A program made the position numbers and the translations under genes. Below the pieces are notes generated by a model. The model did not search any database, had not been told where the DNA came from, and saw nothing but the letters and a program-made list of their open reading frames with translations. This document shows positions 49,135 through 54,883 of a stretch of 54,883 nucleotides of DNA, piece by piece. The first letter of the stretch is position 1. Each line of letters begins with the position of its first letter. This DNA is from Candidatus Kaiserbacteria bacterium (GTDB lineage Bacteria > Patescibacteriota > Minisyncoccia > Phycocordibacterales > Phycocordibacteraceae): contig CAWEXP010000007.1 in assembly GCA_963813065.1 (NCBI GenBank), forward strand, positions 1 through 54,883. The letters run 5' to 3'.

Positions 49135-50387
49135 ACCGCGACACCACAAGCGGATTACTCCGTTTTTTCTGGGCCTTCTGGCTCTTCCTCGCGTTCTACA
49201 AGTTCGCGGCGGCACTCCACTATTCCCTCCTCTCGCCACTCGGCGAGCGCCTTCTGCCGCTCTGGATTGTCGGCCTGCTCATTGGCGGCGAATCATTCTT
49301 CCAGATGCTCTTCGACGTGCCTGCGGGCTATCTCGTCGACCGTTTTGGCCGGCGACGAATGCTCGCAGTGGGTTGGATTTCGTTCGTCATCTCGGCACTG
49401 CTCCTGATGCAATTCTCGCTCGTGCACTATGTCCTCAGTATCGCGTTCTCAGTCGTCGGCTGGCTCTTCTTCGCACCGGGGGCCAACGCGTATGTGCTTT
49501 CCTATGCAAAAAAAGAAACGAGCGGCCGCTTCATCGCACTGCGCGACACTTTTTATTCTGTCGGCGTGGTGCTTGCGAGCATTTCGCTTCCCTTCGTGCT
49601 TCTCTATGCGCCGTTTATCATGGGAGCGATTCTGCTCGTGCTCCTCGCCTTCGCCATCGTTGCGCTCTCTGCAAGTCCGGTCGATGCGCCGGTGGTGCAC
49701 GGCCAGTCCATCCTCCCCGCCGAGCCCTACCACATCCGCCGAACCGCGATTATAAAAACATTCCGCGCGCTCAAGCGGCTTAATCCGGCCAGTGGCACAC
49801 TCGCCGCCTACTCCTTCGCTGGTTCTATTTTCTATGGTGCAATCTGGTTCGTGGTGCCACTCGCTATCGTGAGCCAGCCGGAGAACGGAAGCTTCCTGGG
49901 TGTTGGTCTCGCTATCTTCGACATTTCTGTTGTTGTCTTGGGCGTCGCGCTCGGGACGCTCGTCGATCGCGGCAATAAACGCTTGCTCGTCTTCTGGGGT
50001 CTCCTGCTCTTCGCGCTCATGGGCCTGATACTGGGCGCAACACTGGGGCCGCTCTTCCTCCTCTTCGGCTTCCTCGCGACGGCGGGTGATGAGACCGCCG
50101 GTCTCTCGCTCTGGAGCTGGCTCCACTCGCTCGATAAAGAACATGCGCACGATGGCGCCATTGCGGGCGTTATCTCCTTCTCTGAGGACTTCGGGTACGC
50201 TATCGGCCCGGTCATCGCCGGATTCGCTTTCGTTGCCTTCGGCGCCGGTTGGGCCATCGCTATCTCGGCCATCCCGCTCTGCGTCGCCTGGGTGATGTAC
50301 ACCATCTATATCCGCCCCATCGCCACCTTCCCCACTTCTCTGCTCGGCATCCCGGCAATGCCCCGGCGTCGTCGCCACAAATCATGA
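49131..50387 (+). CDS. MFS transporter
   Basis: About 12 TM helices; motif A GYLVDRFGRR. Confidence 0.88.
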   Translation: MNRDTTSGLLRFFWAFWLFLAFYKFAAALHYSLLSPLGERLLPLWIVGLLIGGESFFQMLFDVPAGYLVDRFGRRRMLAVGWISFVISALLLMQFSLVHYVLSIAFSVVGWLFFAPGANAYVLSYAKKETSGRFIALRDTFYSVGVVLASISLPFVLLYAPFIMGAILLVLLAFAIVALSASPVDAPVVHGQSILPAEPYHIRRTAIIKTFRALKRLNPASGTLAAYSFAGSIFYGAIWFVVPLAIVSQPENGSFLGVGLAIFDISVVVLGVALGTLVDRGNKRLLVFWGLLLFALMGLILGATLGPLFLLFGFLATAGDETAGLSLWSWLHSLDKEHAHDGAIAGVISFSEDFGYAIGPVIAGFAFVAFGAGWAIAISAIPLCVAWVMYTIYIRPIATFPTSLLGIPAMPRRRRHKS

Positions 50388-51025
50388 GTGACCGCATCGA
50401 AGAACTCGCGAGTGCCTTCGCCCGTCTGCCCGGTATCGGACCGCGTCAGGGTAAACGCTTCGTCTATTATCTCCTCGCGACGGGCGCAAGCGAACGTTCG
50501 AAACTCGCCGAACTCATTTCTGCACTGGGAAAAGAAGTGCGCCAGTGCCCGGACTGTTTACGATTCTTCAACGGCTCTTCCGCACTCGTCTGCGGGTATT
50601 GCACCGACAAAACGCGCGACGATGCACAGCTCATGCTCGTCGAGAAGGATCAGGACCTCGCCGCCATTGAACGCGCAGGCACCTATCGCGGTCGCTACTT
50701 TGTGCTCGGCGGCGTTTTGACGCTCTCGGGTAAAGGTGCCATCCGTGAAAAAGAATTGGTACGGCGCGTGGAAAAAGGTTTGAAGGCTAAAACCGCCGCA
50801 GGCGGTTCGCCCGGCGCACAAAGTGCGCTTAGGGAAGTTGTGCTCGCGCTCTCGGCGACGAGCGAGGGCGAACACACCGCCGACCACGTCCGCGAACTCC
50901 TCGCCCCCTTCCGCGACCACTTGAAACTCTCCGCGCTTGGCCGCGGCCTCGCTACCGGAAGCGAGCTCGAATACTCCGACGCCGAGACCCTCCGCGCGGC
51001 GCTTAGCAATCGCAAAGAGGCATAA
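50384..51025 (+). CDS. recR: recombination mediator RecR
   Basis: LPGIGPR, CxxC...CxxC zinc finger, YFVLGG, Toprim EGEHTA, LEYSD. Confidence 0.95.
   Translation: MSDRIEELASAFARLPGIGPRQGKRFVYYLLATGASERSKLAELISALGKEVRQCPDCLRFFNGSSALVCGYCTDKTRDDAQLMLVEKDQDLAAIERAGTYRGRYFVLGGVLTLSGKGAIREKELVRRVEKGLKAKTAAGGSPGAQSALREVVLALSATSEGEHTADHVRELLAPFRDHLKLSALGRGLATGSELEYSDAETLRAALSNRKEA
50787..50817 (+). repeat. family B hairpin element in recR
   Basis: CTAAAACCGCC-GCA-GGCGGTTCGCCCGGCGC; translates as KTAAGGSPGA. Confidence 0.8.
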
Positions 51026-51058
51026 AAGAAAAACCCGGGATAGTCCCGGGCTATGATT

Positions 51059-51349
51059 TCAAACTGGTTTGCGCGGAAGACATTCCTTCTCTTTGACTGA
51101 AAAGATGCCAATACCTCCACCAAGCAATATGATAAGGACTGCTATAGGTGTCCATATCGATTGCTTGAATATCTCGAAGGCACAAGTCATATCGATACTT
51201 ACCAATATGCAAGCCAGTGCGATAGAGAGAACATATACGAACGTGTAGCGGTCAACTGTATTCGCATCCCGTATCCCCCAGATTTGGAGATATCTTCCGG
51301 CCAAGAATGCGACAGTCGCCATGACTGCCAGAATACCGATATTGAGCAT
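51059..51349 (-). CDS. small membrane protein (3 TM)
   Basis: GGGAG RBS; CCCGGGA/TCCCGGG terminator at 51034-51050. Confidence 0.65.
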   Translation of the reverse strand: MLNIGILAVMATVAFLAGRYLQIWGIRDANTVDRYTFVYVLSIALACILVSIDMTCAFEIFKQSIWTPIAVLIILLGGGIGIFSVKEKECLPRKPV

Positions 51350-51453
51350 TGGTTTCTCCCGTTTATGCTCCGAATGTACAGTACACAAACTTATTATAAA
51401 CGTCAAACCGCTCTTCCGAGCGGCTTGTTCAGCGAGGTTTAACCTCGATATTT

Positions 51454-52836
51454 TTAAGCGGAAACAAAGGTGAGTGCCTTGCCCTTCATATCCGCGCGGC
51501 CGGTGCGGCCGATGCGGTGGACATAATCCTCGTAGGTCGAGGGGAGGTCGTAATTGATGACGTGCGAGACGGCCGGGATATCGAGGCCGCGCGCGGCGAC
51601 ATCGGTCGCAACGAGCGCCTGGATCTTGCCGGCCTTGAAGTCCTCGAGAGCGCGGATACGCGCGTTGTGCGACTTGTTGCCGTGGATGCTCTCCGAGTGG
51701 ATATGCATGCGCGAGAGGAGCTTCGCGAGCTTCTCGACGCCGTGCTTGGTGCGACCGAAGATGAGCACGCGATGGAACTCCGGGTTCTTGAGCATTTCAA
51801 CAAGCACGTCGAACTTGTCCTTGCCGCGCGGAATGCGGACAACGTCCTGATCAACGTTTTTCGAGGTGTCGCGGGTCTTGACCGAGATAATCGCGGGCTT
51901 GTTGAGGAAGTCGCCGATGAGTCGCTCGATATCCTTCCCCATCGTGGCGGAGAAGAAGAGGGTGTGACGTTCGCTCCGCATCTTGCCGAGGATGAAGCGC
52001 ATATCGTCGATGAAGCCCATGTCGAGCATGCGGTCTGCCTCGTCGAGCACCACGGTGCTGAAGCCAGAGAGGTCAAGCGCGCCGCGCTCCATGAGGTCCT
52101 TGAGTCGCCCGGGTGTGCCGATGACGAACGAGGGCTTGTGGCGAAGTTGAGAAATCTGCGGCTGGATATTCGCACCACCGACCGCGACCATGCCGCGGAA
52201 GCCGAGTCCGCGCGCAAACTTGGCGAGCTCCTTCTCGATCTGCACGGCGAGCTCACGCGTCGGTGCCATGATGAGCACGCGCTCTTCGTCGATATTCTTG
52301 ATGACTTTGTCGATAAGCGGAATGAGGAAGGCCGCGGTCTTGCCGGTGCCGGTCTCCGCGAGCCCGACGACATCTTCGCCGCGCAGGAGGTGCGGAATCG
52401 CGCGATCCTGAATCGGGGTCGGCGAGACGTACTTGTGCGACGCGATATTTTTCTTGAGTCGCTCGTCGATGTCGAAATCAGCGAAGGTGTGCTCGGGCAC
52501 AAAGTGCTCGACCTTCTCGGTAATCTCGGCCTTGTTTATAAAACGACTGAACTCTGCCTCGGTCTCGCCGAAAGAGCCGAAACCTCGCCCACGACCACCA
52601 CGCGAGCCCCCGAAGGAGCCCCCGCGACTGGGAGCGCGCGAGGGGTAGCCACCGCGCGAGGGGAAACGGCCTGCGACGCGACTGGCTGACCCACTCCGGT
52701 GGGGCCCGAAGGAGCTAGCGGGGCGTTTGCCCTCGCGCGAACTTGAGTTATGAGAAAACGACTCGCCCTGCGAGCCATGCCCGGCAGGAGACGGGCTCCC
52801 GCCTACGCTTTGATGATTCCAACGCCCGTATTGCAT
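51454..52836 (-). CDS. DEAD-box RNA helicase with N-terminal RGG-rich tail
   Basis: Q motif, AETGTGKT, PTRELA, DEAD, SAT, HRIGRTGR. Confidence 0.97.
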   Translation of the reverse strand: MQYGRWNHQSVGGSPSPAGHGSQGESFSHNSSSREGKRPASSFGPHRSGSASRVAGRFPSRGGYPSRAPSRGGSFGGSRGGRGRGFGSFGETEAEFSRFINKAEITEKVEHFVPEHTFADFDIDERLKKNIASHKYVSPTPIQDRAIPHLLRGEDVVGLAETGTGKTAAFLIPLIDKVIKNIDEERVLIMAPTRELAVQIEKELAKFARGLGFRGMVAVGGANIQPQISQLRHKPSFVIGTPGRLKDLMERGALDLSGFSTVVLDEADRMLDMGFIDDMRFILGKMRSERHTLFFSATMGKDIERLIGDFLNKPAIISVKTRDTSKNVDQDVVRIPRGKDKFDVLVEMLKNPEFHRVLIFGRTKHGVEKLAKLLSRMHIHSESIHGNKSHNARIRALEDFKAGKIQALVATDVAARGLDIPAVSHVINYDLPSTYEDYVHRIGRTGRADMKGKALTFVSA

Positions 52837-52843
52837 TTTTGTT

Positions 52844-53194
52844 TTAGTTTATCGAATCGATTCTAATTTTGAGGAAAGGTTGGCGGTGGCCACGGCGCTT
52901 GTAGTAGCGGCTCTTGGCCTTGTATTTGACGACGTCAATTTTCGGCGCCTTGCCCTCGAGGAGGACGGTGCCCTTCACCTCCGCGCCCGCGATCGTGGGG
53001 GCGCCGATAGTCGTGTCGGAACCGTTGTCTACGAGCAGGACTTCGTTAAAGACAACAGTGTCGCCAGGCCTAAACGCCGCAACGGCGTCGGCCGAACCGC
53101 CTTTGGCGGTTTTAGGCAATTTCTCAATGAAAATAGTGTCGCCCTTGCTGACGACATACTGCTTCCCGCCGGTCTTGATAACCGCAATTTCCAT
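52844..53194 (-). CDS. rplU: 50S ribosomal protein L21
   Basis: AVIKTGGKQY, GHRQP; true start at 53194. Confidence 0.96.
   Translation of the reverse strand: MEIAVIKTGGKQYVVSKGDTIFIEKLPKTAKGGSADAVAAFRPGDTVVFNEVLLVDNGSDTTIGAPTIAGAEVKGTVLLEGKAPKIDVVKYKAKSRYYKRRGHRQPFLKIRIDSIN
53085..53115 (-). repeat. family B hairpin element in rplU
   Basis: Minus strand CTAAAACCGCC-AAA-GGCGGTTCGGCCGACGC; translates as KTAKGGSADA. Confidence 0.8.
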
Positions 53195-53235
53195 GTAGAG
53201 ATACACTAGCATTCTCCTATCTAAAGAGCAAGCGC

Positions 53236-53492
53236 TTAACGATAGGCGTCTTTGCGGTGCCTTATGCGATAGATACGCACCTCGTCCTCCACAAGGGTAT
53301 ACAAAATGCGGTATTCTCCAACGCGCAATCGATATCCGGCAACGGCGGTCGTAATTTTCTGATGTTGAGAATTGCGGAAAATGGATTGTGTGCGAATTCG
53401 TCAAGCAATACATTGTCGATTGTGAACCGAACATCTTCCGGCAACTTTTGATATTCTCGATTTGCAATCGAGTTGAGTGTAATGCGAGCCAT
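53236..53492 (-). CDS. RelE/ParE family toxin (frameshift near 53337)
   Basis: IRKLR then, in the shifted frame, GYRLRVGEYRILY...IRHRKDAYR. Confidence 0.85.
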
Positions 53493-53504
53493 CTCAACGA
53501 GATT

Positions 53505-53771
53505 CTACCGCGTGGAGGGCTTGAAGGGATAGAACTTTTTCCCCTTCTGCTCCTTGACGAGCTGTTCAAGCGTCCGCGAGGCTTCTGCGTCCTCCCACAA
53601 TTCGAGCAATTCGTTATAAATATCAGCGTCAAGAACCACGTAGCTGTCACTTCCGCGCCGATCGGCAACCACGAGAGGCGACTTCTTTGCCGCGGCAAGA
53701 TGTCCCGCCAGTCCAGCACGAAACTCGCTCACCCCTATGGTCTTCGGCACTTTGGTCAAAATGGCATTCAT
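53505..53771 (-). CDS. Phd/YefM family antitoxin
   Basis: IGVSEFR...PLVV...YVVLD..Y..L.E..ED; directly upstream of the toxin. Confidence 0.8.
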   Translation of the reverse strand: MNAILTKVPKTIGVSEFRAGLAGHLAAAKKSPLVVADRRGSDSYVVLDADIYNELLELWEDAEASRTLEQLVKEQKGKKFYPFKPSTR

Positions 53772-53822
53772 GCGGCTATTGTACACGTATCTGTACGTTA
53801 TGCAACCATCCTTGTGGATAAT

Positions 53823-53846
53823 AAAAAAGCCGCGGTTTCCCGCGGC
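53823..53846 (-). terminator. intrinsic terminator
   Basis: A6-GCCGCGG-tttc-CCGCGGC on the plus strand. Confidence 0.7.
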
Positions 53847-53858
53847 CTGATTTTAAGT

Positions 53859-53877
53859 TAGGACATCGAATGTCCTA
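53859..53877. repeat. solo family A unit
   Basis: TA-GGACATCGAATGTCC-TA; the 15-mer is identical to the first unit in gltX. Confidence 0.85.
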
Positions 53878-54333
53878 GTTTGCATTCACCCTATCCTTCG
53901 GAGTAGACCACGGCGGCAAGATGACATCGAGAAAAGCAATGGTCATGGCCACCACGTATCCTAATGTGATGAGGGCGTAGGGCCAGAGCTCTGCTACCGA
54001 ACCAGCGGTCGCTGGACTGCCCTGTCGGAGCCAACTCGCAATCAGGCCAATGCCGATGGAGGCCGCACATAGGACCAATGCGCCAATCGAGGTCTCTCGC
54101 CACGGACCGTGGAAACGAACCATAGACAGGAAGCTGGCCACGCTCACATACAACGCCAGCATCCCAATGAACCACGGAGCGAACGAAAGGTAGTCGCCGA
54201 GTGTCCAAGGCAACATGTCCGCAGTGGGCGGAATTGGCTCGAGTTGCCAGAGACGAAACAAACCATACTGAGCACTAGCGACGCCGGCGAATCCAACGAT
54301 ACCGAGTACACAACGAATTCTACCAATGATCAT
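53875..54333 (-). CDS. hypothetical membrane protein (about 4 TM)
   Basis: GGAGG RBS, hydrophobic segments. Confidence 0.7.
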   Translation of the reverse strand: MIIGRIRCVLGIVGFAGVASAQYGLFRLWQLEPIPPTADMLPWTLGDYLSFAPWFIGMLALYVSVASFLSMVRFHGPWRETSIGALVLCAASIGIGLIASWLRQGSPATAGSVAELWPYALITLGYVVAMTIAFLDVILPPWSTPKDRVNAN

Positions 54334-54404
54334 GGAATCCTCCCAGATTCACGAGAGCGGCCGAATTGCCACTATCCGGTTAGGATTCTACATAAAAACT
54401 TTTT

Positions 54405-54883
54405 TCAATCAAGCTCCGCGTTCGGCTTCTCCAAGAGCGACGGCTCGATGCCAATCTTCGAATCGGCGATGCGGTAGACATCTTTATCTATTTTTCCTAA
54501 TTCCTTGTAGCCGGCATTGTAGTGCGAGACGGTCGTGCCGAGCGCCGTGCCAAGTTTTTTATAAAATTCCTCATACGAGCCGATGTGTTTACCGAGTTCG
54601 CCGACGCGCTTCTGTATCTCGACGGCCTTTTCTTCAATCTGGAGCGCTTTTAATCCCTGCATGACGGTCTGTAAATACGCGAGGAACGACGTCGGTGAGA
54701 CGATGATGACCTTGTACTTCCCTGCCGCGCGCTGGATCAGGTTCTCATCTTCTCCTCCACCCACTTGGTTCGTCAGGAGATCATAATAAATACCTTCAGA
54801 AGGAATAAACATGAAGGCGAAGTCCATCGTGTTCTCCTCCGGCCGGATATATTTCGCCGTTTCCTGTATTCGCAATTTCAACG
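54405..54883 (-). CDS. rmuC: DNA recombination protein RmuC, 5'-truncated by window
   Basis: KYI.P..T.DFAFMFIPSE, VIIVSPTSF.AYL. Confidence 0.92.
   Translation of the reverse strand, partial: LKLRIQETAKYIRPEENTMDFAFMFIPSEGIYYDLLTNQVGGGEDENLIQRAAGKYKVIIVSPTSFLAYLQTVMQGLKALQIEEKAVEIQKRVGELGKHIGSYEEFYKKLGTALGTTVSHYNAGYKELGKIDKDVYRIADSKIGIEPSLLEKPNAELD

Noticed and set aside
52844-53719. 291-aa L21 with a long N-terminal extension, as in the ORF track
   Set aside because: The extension overlaps the Phd/RelE pair in another frame; the real start is MEIAVIKTGG at 53194.

Overview
This is a 54.9-kb chromosomal segment from a small-genome bacterium, most likely Patescibacteria/CPR (Parcubacteria-like). 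That assignment is inferred from the short AlaRS lacking the C-Ala domain, the archaeal-type AspRS, the baseplate-J-like membrane protein and the near absence of Shine-Dalgarno sites on core genes. Core content is six aminoacyl-tRNA synthetases (alaS, tyrS, trpS, aspS, gltX, cysS), the infA-rpmJ-rpsM-rpsK-rpsD-rpoA-rplQ-rplM-rpsI cluster, grpE-dnaK-dnaJ, scpA/scpB, a peptidoglycan block (S11 carboxypeptidase, mraY, ftsW, murG, M23), dnaB, recR, a DEAD-box helicase, three toxin-antitoxin pairs and tRNA-Tyr. The main unexplained signal is several families of short palindromic elements that sit in-frame inside essential genes (alaS, gltX, tyrS, recR, rplU, dnaJ and others). One such element lies in a duplicated 5' half of tRNA-Tyr that, together with the intact tRNA, brackets a small GIY-YIG nuclease gene, the candidate mobiliser. 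Also notable are two tandem promoter-RNA-terminator units with no convincing ORF, a consistent leaderless-promoter signature on core genes, self-contained orphan cassettes splitting conserved operons, and several unannotated small membrane proteins. About eleven single-base frameshifts are most likely read errors. All product calls come from motifs recognised by eye; no database search was run.
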